Shown in pieces: positions 43,370-52,699 of a DNA stretch of 64,000 nt. A program made the translations under genes and the position numbers. The notes below the pieces were generated by a model. It ran no database searches, was not told where the DNA came from, and worked only from the letters and a program-made list of their open reading frames with translations. The stretch's first letter is position 1. Each line of letters opens with the position of its first letter. This DNA comes from Pseudomonadota bacterium (GTDB lineage Bacteria; Myxococcota; JACRCW01; JAFGSX01): positions 42,425 through 106,424 of the forward strand of contig JBDRCO010000070.1 of the NCBI GenBank assembly GCA_043821645.1, in the 5' to 3' direction.

Positions 43370-45382
43370 TCAGGGAACCTTCGCGTCGGCTACGCCGGAA
43401 TCTTCGGTCGGCGCGGCCTGTCCCTCGGGCAGATCGGGCACGTCCTGGAGCTTCTCGAGTTCGAGGATGGCCTCGGAATAGTTGTCACGCGCGGCCACAG
43501 CCTTCTTGAACTGCGCCTTGGCCTCGGCTTTCTTGCCCTGCTCGCTGAGGACCCGGCCCGCCTGCAAGAAGGCCTCGGCCTGGGTGGCGTCGAGCTCGCC
43601 GGCCTTGAGGAACTCACCTAGTGCTTCCTTGCCCTTGCCTTGCTTGTAGCGTGCAAAGCCCAGGTAGTAGTGCGCCCGCGCCAGGCTCGGATCGTCCTGG
43701 ATGGCTCGCTCGAGCTCGACCATGGCGTCCTTGTCGCGCTCCTGCTTGAGCAGCACCAAACCGAGATCGGCACGCGCGTCCGCGAAGTCGGGTTTCGCCT
43801 TCAGGGCGTGGCGGTACTTCTTGGCCGCCTCGTTGAAGTTGTTCTGACGGTAGGAGATCTCGCCCATGCCCCACAAGGCGTCGGGCATGTCGGGATCCAG
43901 CTTGAGCGCGGTGACGAAGGCATCCCGTGCCTTGTTGGTGTCATTCAGCTCGAGGTAGAGCGCGCCCAGGTAGGCGTGGTTGCGCGTGTCATTGGGGTTC
44001 TGCTCGATGCCCTTCTGGTACTCGGCCACCGCCAGCTTGGTGAAGCCCTGACCGCGCAGGGCCGCCGCCAGCAGGTTCCGGCTCTCGCTGTCCTTGCCAT
44101 CCGCCGCCACGCCGGCCTTGCCGACGGCCACCGCGCGCTCCCACTGCTTCTGGGCAATGAGCAGGCGCAGCAGCTGCCAGCGCACCTCGCGATTGGCCTC
44201 ATCGAGCCCCAGGGCCAGGCCATACTCCTCGATGGCCTTGTCGATGGCGCCGTCCTTGAGGAACAGGTCGGCCATGCGCTGGTGCGCCTTGGCATCCTCG
44301 GGCCGCATGTCTGCCGCCGCCTTGTACGCGGCCATCGCGGCCGTGGTGTCGCCGCGCTGGTAGAACACCTCACCCAGGTACAGCTTGGCGTCGGGATTGT
44401 TGGGCTGCAGCTCCAGCGACTTGGAGAAAGCTTTCTCGGCTTCCTTGAGCTGCTTGCTGCGGTCCTTGCCCGTCTCCATGGCCGAGCGGAAGTATGCGAG
44501 CCCCAGGTTGAAGTGCGCGTCGGCGTAATCGCCCTTGAGCTCGATGGCCTTGAGAAAATGCTGGACCGCGTCGTCATGGCGCTTGAGTCTGGCCAGGACC
44601 ACGGCCAGGTTGTTGTGCGCCTCGGCGTGCTTGGGGTTCAGGGCCAGAGCCTTCTCGTAGGCCGCCACCGCCTCCTTGAAATTGCGGCGTCTGAACTGCA
44701 CCACCCCGGTGTTGTAGAAGGCCTCGGGGTTCTTGGGGTCCCGCTCGATGACGCTGTTGAACTCGGCGAGGGCCTTCTCGAAGTAGCCACGGTCGCCGTA
44801 CAGCTTGCCCAGGTTGATATGGGTCTGGCTCTCCTTGGGCTCCAGCTCGATGGCCTTGAGGTAGGCGCCGATGGCCTCGTCGACCTGGTTGACCACCTCG
44901 TAGGCCTCCCCCAGGTTGAAGTAGGCCGCGGCGAAGTCGGGCCGCTCGGCCACCACCTTCTTGAGTTCCTCGATGGACTCCTTGGTGCGCTGGGACTTGC
45001 GCAGCACCCGCGCCAGGTCGAAGCGCCGATCCGTCGTCGGTTCGCTGGCCACCGCGCGTTGCAGCGCCAGCACTGCCCGCTCTGGCTTGTCGTTCTGCTC
45101 GAGCAACAGGGCCAGCGCCTGCTGCATGTCGGCGTCGTCAGGATCCAGGGCCGCCGCTGACTCCATCATGGCCAGCGCGTCGAGGGGACGATTGATCCGC
45201 GCGTACGCGACACCCAGGGTGAACCGATACTGCGCGTTGTCGGGCTCACGCTTCACCAGGGCCTCGTACTCCATCACGACCTGCTCGTCCTCGGAGTCGC
45301 CCTGGGCGAGGGCGGTGATGGCAACCGTGCTCCATCCGAGCACGAGCATCACGGCCCAAGCTGTGGCTGGCAATCGCATCAT
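43370..45382 (-). CDS. Secreted multi-TPR protein
   Basis: Signal peptide followed by >12 canonical TPRs (e.g. AAYFNLGEAYEVVNQVDEAIGAYLKAIELEP). Confidence 0.9.
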   Translation of the reverse strand: MMRLPATAWAVMLVLGWSTVAITALAQGDSEDEQVVMEYEALVKREPDNAQYRFTLGVAYARINRPLDALAMMESAAALDPDDADMQQALALLLEQNDKPERAVLALQRAVASEPTTDRRFDLARVLRKSQRTKESIEELKKVVAERPDFAAAYFNLGEAYEVVNQVDEAIGAYLKAIELEPKESQTHINLGKLYGDRGYFEKALAEFNSVIERDPKNPEAFYNTGVVQFRRRNFKEAVAAYEKALALNPKHAEAHNNLAVVLARLKRHDDAVQHFLKAIELKGDYADAHFNLGLAYFRSAMETGKDRSKQLKEAEKAFSKSLELQPNNPDAKLYLGEVFYQRGDTTAAMAAYKAAADMRPEDAKAHQRMADLFLKDGAIDKAIEEYGLALGLDEANREVRWQLLRLLIAQKQWERAVAVGKAGVAADGKDSESRNLLAAALRGQGFTKLAVAEYQKGIEQNPNDTRNHAYLGALYLELNDTNKARDAFVTALKLDPDMPDALWGMGEISYRQNNFNEAAKKYRHALKAKPDFADARADLGLVLLKQERDKDAMVELERAIQDDPSLARAHYYLGFARYKQGKGKEALGEFLKAGELDATQAEAFLQAGRVLSEQGKKAEAKAQFKKAVAARDNYSEAILELEKLQDVPDLPEGQAAPTEDSGVADAKVP

Positions 45383-45457
45383 TGCCTCGCTTCCATGCTC
45401 CATCGTGCCAGGCCCGCGATGGAGGTGTACGTGTGACCCTGCCGACGCACCCGGGCC

Positions 45458-46129
45458 TCAATCCGCCCAGGGCCCTCCGAAGGCTCCGCCGCTGGCCTCC
45501 TGCAATCGCTGACTCACGTCGTCGTAACGGCTGCGCACTTCTTCCTGCATGATGCGACTCTCGTCCATCCTGGAGAGTCCGTCGGCCACCTTCTTCTCCC
45601 AGTCCGCCACCTGCTCTTCGAAGCCGGTGAGATTGACGCCAGCCCCGCGCTCTGGATCGTGATCGTGCACAAGCTGGGCCTTGGCGTGCTCGTACCGTGC
45701 GCGTGCCAGCCAGAGCTGGTCCTCGAAGACCTCCCGCTTGACGTAGAGGTGGCGCATCTCGTCGAGCCGCAGCTCCAACCTGAGCTTGGCCCACTCCTTG
45801 TACAGCGCCAGCACGTCCGGGGAGTTGATACCGGAGACCTCGCCGCTGTCATCCAGCAGCTTGACCTTGTCGCGGGCGCGGTCCACGGTCGCCCGCCCGT
45901 CGCTGATCTCCCGCTCCGCCGCCTCGATGTTGTCCTTGGCGATGATGACTTCGTTCTCGGCATCGAACAGCGCCAGCTTCTCATCGTTGGGAATGCGATC
46001 GAGCTGGTTGCGGTCGATGCGGTGCCACAGACCGAAGCAGGCGCCCTGCGTCAGCAGCAGCGTGACCGCAAGCAGTCCGCTGGCCGGGGGTCGATTCCGT
46101 CGTCGCGAGTACAGGTGCACGATGTCCAT
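45458..46129 (-). CDS. Coiled-coil probable lipoprotein
   Basis: Hydrophobic stretch ending TQGAC, then charged helical sequence; co-oriented within the operon. Confidence 0.7.
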   Translation of the reverse strand: MDIVHLYSRRRNRPPASGLLAVTLLLTQGACFGLWHRIDRNQLDRIPNDEKLALFDAENEVIIAKDNIEAAEREISDGRATVDRARDKVKLLDDSGEVSGINSPDVLALYKEWAKLRLELRLDEMRHLYVKREVFEDQLWLARARYEHAKAQLVHDHDPERGAGVNLTGFEEQVADWEKKVADGLSRMDESRIMQEEVRSRYDDVSQRLQEASGGAFGGPWAD

Positions 46130-46148
46130 CCTCCCGCGCCCTCGCACC

Positions 46149-49100
46149 TCAGCCGCCCACTTGCGCCGCCAGCTCGCGCGCCTTGGGCGCCACGTCGGGC
46201 CCTGCGGGCTTGCCGGCAGCGCCATAGGCCGCGCGTGCGCGTTTCAGATCGCCGACCCATGCGTAGAGCGCACCCAGGTTGGCCTGGATCGCGGGATTGC
46301 GCCCGTCGAGTTCTTTGGCGCGCTGCAGGGCGTAGAACGCCTCCTGATAGTTGCCCAGCTGGATGTCCGCCACGCCCATGGCATTGTGGGCAAGGGCGCT
46401 GCCGTCGTTGGCCTCGAGGGCCTTCGCCGCGACGAGCTTGGCCAGGTAGTAGTCACCGGCCTGGTTGGCGGCGCGCGCCAAACCGACCAGCGAATCCACG
46501 TCCTTGGGGTTCTTCTCGATCTTGGCGCGCAGCTCCTCGGCGCCAGGAATCTCCACCTCCTGCCTCGACGGTGCGTGGTCGGCATCCGGCTCCAGCGGCT
46601 GTCCGGTCAGGCAGGCCTTGGCGAAGCGATTGAACGCGTTGAGCTGCACCGACTTGTCCCGGCAGGTGCGGATCGTGTCCGCAGACGACTTGCGGTAATT
46701 GTCCGCCTGCTCCTTGAGAGCAGCCCGGTAGCCGGCCAGCTCCTCGGCGCTGACGCCCTCGGGGGCAGGGGCGTTGTCGAGGAAAGACGCGGCCTCGCCG
46801 TGAGCCTGCCCCAGGCGATAAAGACCACCGATGGCAAACTCGGGATCGCCGTACTTGATGGCCGTGACGTACTGCCCCTCGAGCTCGGCGAGCAGGCCGA
46901 ATTTTTGCTCCAGCACCTGGGCATCGTCGCCCTTGCCAAACTGAATGCCATCAAAGCGCGAGCGCAGGATCTCACCGAGGTAAAATGCAGCCTGGGCACC
47001 GAACCGGATCTGCTCGCCACTCGCCGATCCCGGCGGGATCTGCTGCACCACGGCCATCAGGTTGCCGGCCGCATCCGCTTCCTGCCCTGCCTTGTACTGG
47101 GCTGCGCCTGCCCGCGACAGTGCCTCGATGCCATAGCTCGGATCGGCCATGATGGGCGTCGCGGCCAGGGCCACACGCCGCCACTCACCGGTCTTCTCGG
47201 CCGCGGCGGCCATCTCAGCGTAGGCCCTGGCGGCATCCGGTCCACCCATGTTGGCCAGGCGCTCGTAGTCCGCCATGGCCCCGGAGTAATCCCCCAGGTA
47301 GGTGCGGATCTTCGCCGCGGAACCGAGGAGCTCCACCGCTGCCTCATCGCGCGAGAAGCGGCGCCCGTACTCCTCGTACAGGGCGGCACCACGCACGAAG
47401 TCCGTGCCACGGATGGCCTGCTCTCCCAGGGACGACAGCACCTCCTTGGCGGCGTCCGAGGTGCCATACTCCTCGAGAATCTGGTTCCCGGCCTCGATCA
47501 TGGCCTTGTTGTCGCGCCGGTCGCGCGCCACCACGAAGGCCTGGTACAGGGCCTTGGCGGCGACCTCGCTGCCCTTGCGATCGCCGCTGATGAAGTCCTT
47601 GAGGGCTTCCTGCACGTTGCCGCCGGCCTCGATGGTCTTGGCGTCGATCTCCTGCTGCTCCGCGTTGTCCGCCATGGCGAGGAGCTGCTTCTTGAATCCG
47701 TCGTCTCCGAGGCGTGCGATCTGCGCCAGCTCCCGCGCGACCTTGGCCAGACCCTCGAAGTCCTCCTTGTTGTTGTAGGCATCGAGGGCCAGGTTGGCGG
47801 CTGCGAGCGCGTCCTTGTGCAGCGGGTACTCCCGGGCGAAGGCAATGAACAGCTCGATGGACTTGTCGTACTCGCCCTGCTCGTAGTAAGCGCGGGCCAC
47901 ATTGAACTTGACCTCGGGCACCTGCGGATCGTCCGGAAAGGCCGAGACGAAGGCGGCGCCCAGCGCCTTGAGACCCTCGCGGGCCATGGCCACCTGGTAA
48001 CGGTTCAGGTTCTCCTCGTCCTTGATGCCAGCGAAGTAGGCGTTGATGGCGCTGTTCATCGCCTTCTTGCGCTCGTCGTCCTTGTCGGTATCGCGCGCCA
48101 GGCTCTCGAACTCGCGCCCGGCCTCGACGTACTGCTTGCTCTCGTACAGGCTCTCGGCGTAGTTCCAGCGCATCTCCAGGCGCGTGGGCGAGTCGATGAA
48201 GAGTGACAGGTAGGCCTTGTAGGAGTGGCTCGAGCGCTCGAACAGCTTCTCGCTCGATGTTCGCTGGGCCTCGACGTGGAGCCGGGTCGCCAGGTCACGG
48301 GTGAGCTGCTCGAAGTCCGAGTAAACCTGGTCCTTCTCCTCCTCCTTGGCACGCCACGAGAACCGGTAGCGGGCGGCCGCATCGACCAGCAGCTTGACGT
48401 CCTTGTCCGACTCCTCGCGCTTCTTCGAGGCCTGCACAGCGTCGTACACGCGCTGGGCGTACTCGATGTTGCGATCCACGTCGTGAGAGAGCGACAGCAG
48501 CTCGCGGTACAGGTTGCCCGCCGCGATGTAGTTCTGCTTCACCGAGTAGCGCCGGGCCAGCTTCTCCAGCACCAGCAGGTACTCGGCGCGGCTCGACACC
48601 AGGTGCCGGAAGTACGTGGTGGCGTCCTCGGGCTTCTTGACCTCGGGATAGGCATAGACCAGTGAGGTCAGGGCCTCGCGCTTGACGTTGAGGTTCTTGT
48701 GACTGTCGATCTCCTTGCTCTTCTGCTCGTCGATCAGGGTGTTCTCGACGACCTTCTCGAACAGCCCGAGGGCATCCTTCCACTTCTCGCGGTTCAGATA
48801 GCACCAGCCCAGCTTGAAGCGGGCCATGGGGTGGACATAGCTCTCCTTCTCGCCCAGCACCTTCTTGTAGTAGCCCTCGGCGGTGTCGAGGTCGCTCTTG
48901 TCAAAGTAGTAGTCGCCGACGATGAGCCAGGCCTCGAAGCGGTAGTCGCTCTTGGGATACTTTTCCACCAGCAACAGGTAGGTCTTGATCATCTCCTCGT
49001 ACTGCCCGAGCTCGCGCAGCTCGTGTGCGATGAAGAAGGTGATCTTGTCGTTGTCAGGGTAGCTGGCGAACTCACGCAGCACGCGCCGGTACTCGCGGAT

Positions 49101-49469
49101 GGCAGCGTCCTTGAGCAGCCGCGCCTCGGGGGCCGTGATCGATCGCTTGTCGTCCAGGCCTGCCTCTTCGAGGATCTTGAAGTACACCAGGCGCGATTTC
49201 TCGACGTAGAGCTCGGCCAGACGGAATACCAGATCCGGCAGGTAGCGCTCGCTCTTGGAGCGCGCGATCAGGTCCTTGGTGACCGAGATCGACTTGTCGA
49301 TCTTCTTGATGTCCCGGGCCAGCTTGCGGATGAAGGCTTCCTTGACGTCGCGCTGGGTCGAGAAGTCCGCGGCCAGCGCCGGCTGCGATGCCGACAGCCC
49401 GAAGGCCACGATGAGGCCGAGGGAGGCCAACCAGCGAGCGATGCTGGGAGCGAGGTGTCTGCGTGTCAT
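46149..49469 (-). CDS. GltD/AgmU-like large periplasmic TPR protein
   Basis: Signal peptide; PDLVFRLAELYVEKSR, EAWLIVGDYYFD, ARFKLGWC; 1106 aa; Glt-like gene context. Confidence 0.75.
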   Translation of the reverse strand: MTRRHLAPSIARWLASLGLIVAFGLSASQPALAADFSTQRDVKEAFIRKLARDIKKIDKSISVTKDLIARSKSERYLPDLVFRLAELYVEKSRLVYFKILEEAGLDDKRSITAPEARLLKDAAIREYRRVLREFASYPDNDKITFFIAHELRELGQYEEMIKTYLLLVEKYPKSDYRFEAWLIVGDYYFDKSDLDTAEGYYKKVLGEKESYVHPMARFKLGWCYLNREKWKDALGLFEKVVENTLIDEQKSKEIDSHKNLNVKREALTSLVYAYPEVKKPEDATTYFRHLVSSRAEYLLVLEKLARRYSVKQNYIAAGNLYRELLSLSHDVDRNIEYAQRVYDAVQASKKREESDKDVKLLVDAAARYRFSWRAKEEEKDQVYSDFEQLTRDLATRLHVEAQRTSSEKLFERSSHSYKAYLSLFIDSPTRLEMRWNYAESLYESKQYVEAGREFESLARDTDKDDERKKAMNSAINAYFAGIKDEENLNRYQVAMAREGLKALGAAFVSAFPDDPQVPEVKFNVARAYYEQGEYDKSIELFIAFAREYPLHKDALAAANLALDAYNNKEDFEGLAKVARELAQIARLGDDGFKKQLLAMADNAEQQEIDAKTIEAGGNVQEALKDFISGDRKGSEVAAKALYQAFVVARDRRDNKAMIEAGNQILEEYGTSDAAKEVLSSLGEQAIRGTDFVRGAALYEEYGRRFSRDEAAVELLGSAAKIRTYLGDYSGAMADYERLANMGGPDAARAYAEMAAAAEKTGEWRRVALAATPIMADPSYGIEALSRAGAAQYKAGQEADAAGNLMAVVQQIPPGSASGEQIRFGAQAAFYLGEILRSRFDGIQFGKGDDAQVLEQKFGLLAELEGQYVTAIKYGDPEFAIGGLYRLGQAHGEAASFLDNAPAPEGVSAEELAGYRAALKEQADNYRKSSADTIRTCRDKSVQLNAFNRFAKACLTGQPLEPDADHAPSRQEVEIPGAEELRAKIEKNPKDVDSLVGLARAANQAGDYYLAKLVAAKALEANDGSALAHNAMGVADIQLGNYQEAFYALQRAKELDGRNPAIQANLGALYAWVGDLKRARAAYGAAGKPAGPDVAPKARELAAQVGG

Positions 49470-51250
49470 TCGAAGAGTTCCTCCCCGAAGCAGCGACTCT
49501 CGATGCGGAAGCGGTAGTCGTGCAGCTCGTCGTTCCAGTACTCGCCGTCAAAGGTGTAGTACACGTCACGCGTGCCGACCGGGATCGGCTCCTCGGGCGG
49601 GGGAAGGTCGGTGGAACCCTCACCGGCCTTGAGGCGCTTGAACACCTCGAGCGCCACCTCGTAGTCCACCAGCCGGGCCTGCTCCTCGTAGTCGAGCAAG
49701 GTGTCGGCCACCCGCTTGGCCTCCTCGTTGAGGTCCACCTCGAGCGCGCGCACGGTCTCCTTGATCTTGAGGTCGTAGATGCGCGCCAGGTACTGGGCGA
49801 TGGGCGTCTCGGAGCCAAAGCGCTCGATGAGATCGCGCTCGACCTGCAGGGTCTTGAGGAAGGTCAGACGTCGGCTCGCCACAGGTCCCTGCAGCGCCGC
49901 CGCCCGCAGCGCCGGGTGCGACAGGGGGTCGCGCTTCTGGCGCAGGGTGTCGATGGCCTCGCCGTAACGCCGGCGGTACTCTCGGGCCGCACCCTTGGCC
50001 GCGGCATAGTGGCACAGCTTCTTGTAGATCAGGGCCTGCAGCACGAAGCGCTCGGGCTTGAAGTAATCGCGATAGCTCGGTGCGTCGAGGGAGATCAGGA
50101 TGCCCATGGCACCGCGCATGTCGTTCGCGTAGTAACGGGTCCAGGCCTTCTCCAGGAAGATCAGCGCCTCCTCGTGACTGAGAAAGGGCACGCGCACACG
50201 CTCGTACATATCGAGCGCCTCGGTAAACAGCTCCTGCCGGTTGGCGCGGGAGATCTCGTCGTCCATGCGGGTGCGGGCCCCCTCCTCGAAGTACAGGCGT
50301 GCCAGGGCCTTGAGTGCATCGTTGGCCACCTGGCTGTCCACGTCATTGAGGCTGGCCAGCGAGACCTCGGAGAAGATGCGTCGCGCCGGCATCTCCTTGC
50401 CTCGCTTGAGGGTGTCCACCGCCTGGGCGTAGCGGCCTCGATAGAAGTAGTAGCAGCCCGAGATCTGGCCCAGCCGCTCGTCCCCGAGCTCCGCGGGCTC
50501 GCAGATCTTCTCCACGTCGAGCTTGTCCGCCAGGGTCTTGTTGTAGCACTCGGCGGGACGCGCATCGGTCTCGCACAGCTTCTCGGTGGAGCGCTCGATG
50601 CGAGACAGGCGGTTGGAACAGGTCGGGCAGATGTTGTCAAAGTGCCGTCCCGCCCAGGCATCCTGCCCATCTCGCAGATCGACGAGCCCCTGGGTGTATT
50701 CGACGAAGGCCCGGACGTCGTCGGGGAGGTCGCCGAACTCGCTGCCCGCGATCAGATCGTAGACGAGAAGCTCCTCATCATAGGGGTAGTAGCGCACGAT
50801 CTGCTCGAGGGCGCGCACAGTGTCTGGCAGCAGCGCTGGCTGGCTGCGGGTCTTGGCCACGTTGTAAAAAAATTCGGCCGCTCCGTGCACGAGACCCAGC
50901 TCCTTGAGCGTGCGGGCCAGGTAGTACTCGGTCCACTCGTAGAAGTCTGCCGAGGGTTGGTTCCCGGCGATGTACTCGTGAAACTTGCGTGCCGCGCCCA
51001 TGAAGTCCTTGCTATTGAAGGCCGCGACACCCTCCTTGAACACCTCCTCGGTCACCGCGACGACCTCGCCTGGCTCGGCTGCCGCGGCAGTTGCTTCGGC
51101 GGCCTCCGGGGTCGCTTCGGCTGGCGCCTCGGCTGCAGCAGGTGCAGCCTCCTCGGCAGGGGGCGCGTCCTGTCCACGCGCCGACGACAGACCCAGGGTC
51201 AGCGCCGCCAGAGTCCACAGTGCTGTTCGTGTCGTTCGTGTCGTTCGCAT
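49466..51250 (-). CDS. GltC-like TPR protein
   Basis: Signal peptide; LEKAWTRY, C-terminal YTFDGEYWNDELHDYRFRIESRC as in GltC-type proteins; directly follows two OM barrel genes. Confidence 0.75.
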   Translation of the reverse strand: MRTTRTTRTALWTLAALTLGLSSARGQDAPPAEEAAPAAAEAPAEATPEAAEATAAAAEPGEVVAVTEEVFKEGVAAFNSKDFMGAARKFHEYIAGNQPSADFYEWTEYYLARTLKELGLVHGAAEFFYNVAKTRSQPALLPDTVRALEQIVRYYPYDEELLVYDLIAGSEFGDLPDDVRAFVEYTQGLVDLRDGQDAWAGRHFDNICPTCSNRLSRIERSTEKLCETDARPAECYNKTLADKLDVEKICEPAELGDERLGQISGCYYFYRGRYAQAVDTLKRGKEMPARRIFSEVSLASLNDVDSQVANDALKALARLYFEEGARTRMDDEISRANRQELFTEALDMYERVRVPFLSHEEALIFLEKAWTRYYANDMRGAMGILISLDAPSYRDYFKPERFVLQALIYKKLCHYAAAKGAAREYRRRYGEAIDTLRQKRDPLSHPALRAAALQGPVASRRLTFLKTLQVERDLIERFGSETPIAQYLARIYDLKIKETVRALEVDLNEEAKRVADTLLDYEEQARLVDYEVALEVFKRLKAGEGSTDLPPPEEPIPVGTRDVYYTFDGEYWNDELHDYRFRIESRCFGEELFE

Positions 51251-51954
51251 CAGTCGTACCCGATGTTGAAGGAGCCACCGAGCCCCAGGAACAGCACGTT
51301 GTCGATCTCGAAGCGCGGCGGGTCGAGCAAGAAGGCATCGACGGCCAGCACCATGTAGTGGCGCAGATCGACACGTACCGAGAACCATTCGGCCGAGAAC
51401 ACGCGAAGTCCCATGCCGTAGTTGAAGCCAGCCCGGTGGCTCAGGAAGCCCGGCTCGAAGCTCGTCGACGACGGGGAGTACAGAATATAGGCGGGTCCCG
51501 CGGTGAGGCTGAACTCGCTGTGCACGATCACCCGGTTGAACAGCGCCATCTTGCCGTAGAAGGGCTTGAGAACATAGTTGCTGTCCGCGATGATCACGGC
51601 CTCCCGGAACTCGTAGTCGGTGAGCGGATTGGCGCCAAACTCCTCGATCAGAGCCTCCTTGAGCCGGGTATCCCAGTTGAAGGAATAGCTGACGCCGAAG
51701 ACTTCCCAGGCGTGGCTTTCGGAGAAGTGCCACACGTAGCGCAAGGTCCCGGTCACGCCCTTGTAGTAGGCGTCGATGGGGATCAGGCCCACCTGCAGCG
51801 ACAGCTCGTGCGCCATCTTGTAGCGTCGGTTCTGGATCACCTGGGGCGGATTGTCGGGGTCGCGGACACTGACCGCCGCCGCTGGTGCAGCCACCACAGC
51901 CGTCAGCGCCAGTGCAGCGGCCGCGCGCATGACCTGCTCGAGCATGCTCGTCAT
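51250..51954 (-). CDS. GltA/GltB-like outer-membrane beta-barrel protein
   Basis: VIQNRRYKMAHELS...DAYYK, KPFYGKMA, GMGLRVF.AEWFSVRVDLRH. Confidence 0.8.
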   Translation of the reverse strand: MTSMLEQVMRAAAALALTAVVAAPAAAVSVRDPDNPPQVIQNRRYKMAHELSLQVGLIPIDAYYKGVTGTLRYVWHFSESHAWEVFGVSYSFNWDTRLKEALIEEFGANPLTDYEFREAVIIADSNYVLKPFYGKMALFNRVIVHSEFSLTAGPAYILYSPSSTSFEPGFLSHRAGFNYGMGLRVFSAEWFSVRVDLRHYMVLAVDAFLLDPPRFEIDNVLFLGLGGSFNIGYD

Positions 51955-51955
51955 C

Positions 51956-52669
51956 TCACTCGAACCCCACGTTGAAGGACCCACCCGCGCTGAGGAACAG
52001 AATGTTGTCGACGCCCGCGTTGGGATCCAGGAAAGGAATGCCATTGAGGAACAGGTAGTGACGGATGTCCAGACGCACCGAGAACCACTCGGCCACGAAG
52101 AAGCGGATGCCGACGCCGTAGTCCAGACCGGGGCGCCACGACGACACGTACTTGGCCACGCCGCCACCGGCGTTGAAGAACAGCTCGGAGTAAACGATGG
52201 TGCTGTTGAAGAGCGCCAGCTTCGAGTAGGCCGGCTTGAGCACGTAGTTGCTGGCCATCAGGATCTGCAGCGCATCGAACTCGCTGGACTCGGGCTCGGC
52301 ACGCCACTTGAAGATCTCCTCGCGCACACCGGTCTCGATGTTCTGCGAGTAGGCCAGGTGTACGATCTCCCAGCCCTGGAAGTCGCCGAAGTGCAGGGTG
52401 TAGCTGAAGCTCCCCACCGCGCCTTTGTAGTAGGCGTTCATCGGCTGGATGCCCGCGGACATCGAGAACTCGTGGGTGAGCTTGAACCGGCGCTGCTGGA
52501 TCACCACCGCGTAACCGCCCACATCCTCGTCGTCATAGGCCGCCGCGGCGGGAGCGGCGAGCCCCAGCGTCGTCACCGCCAGCAGAGCGCCGACCCAGCT
52601 CGCGCGCCGCACGCGCGCCCCTTGAGATCTGTTGCTCACTACCGTTCCTCCGGTTGCTGCACGTCGCAC
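51956..52669 (-). CDS. GltA/GltB-like outer-membrane beta-barrel protein (paralog; start uncertain)
   Basis: VIQQRRFKLTHEFS...NAYYK, KPAYSKLA, GVGIRFF.AEWFSVRLDIRH; clearly paralogous to its neighbour. Confidence 0.8.
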   Translation of the reverse strand: MRRAATGGTVVSNRSQGARVRRASWVGALLAVTTLGLAAPAAAAYDDEDVGGYAVVIQQRRFKLTHEFSMSAGIQPMNAYYKGAVGSFSYTLHFGDFQGWEIVHLAYSQNIETGVREEIFKWRAEPESSEFDALQILMASNYVLKPAYSKLALFNSTIVYSELFFNAGGGVAKYVSSWRPGLDYGVGIRFFVAEWFSVRLDIRHYLFLNGIPFLDPNAGVDNILFLSAGGSFNVGFE

Positions 52670-52699
52670 CTGTGCGCAGCAGGGACAGCTCGCGCTGCC

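Noticed and set aside
51225-51250. 9-bp tandem GTTCGTGTC repeat at the start of the gltC-like gene
   Set aside because: In frame (RTTRTTRT, signal-peptide n-region) and under three copies; no switching effect expected.
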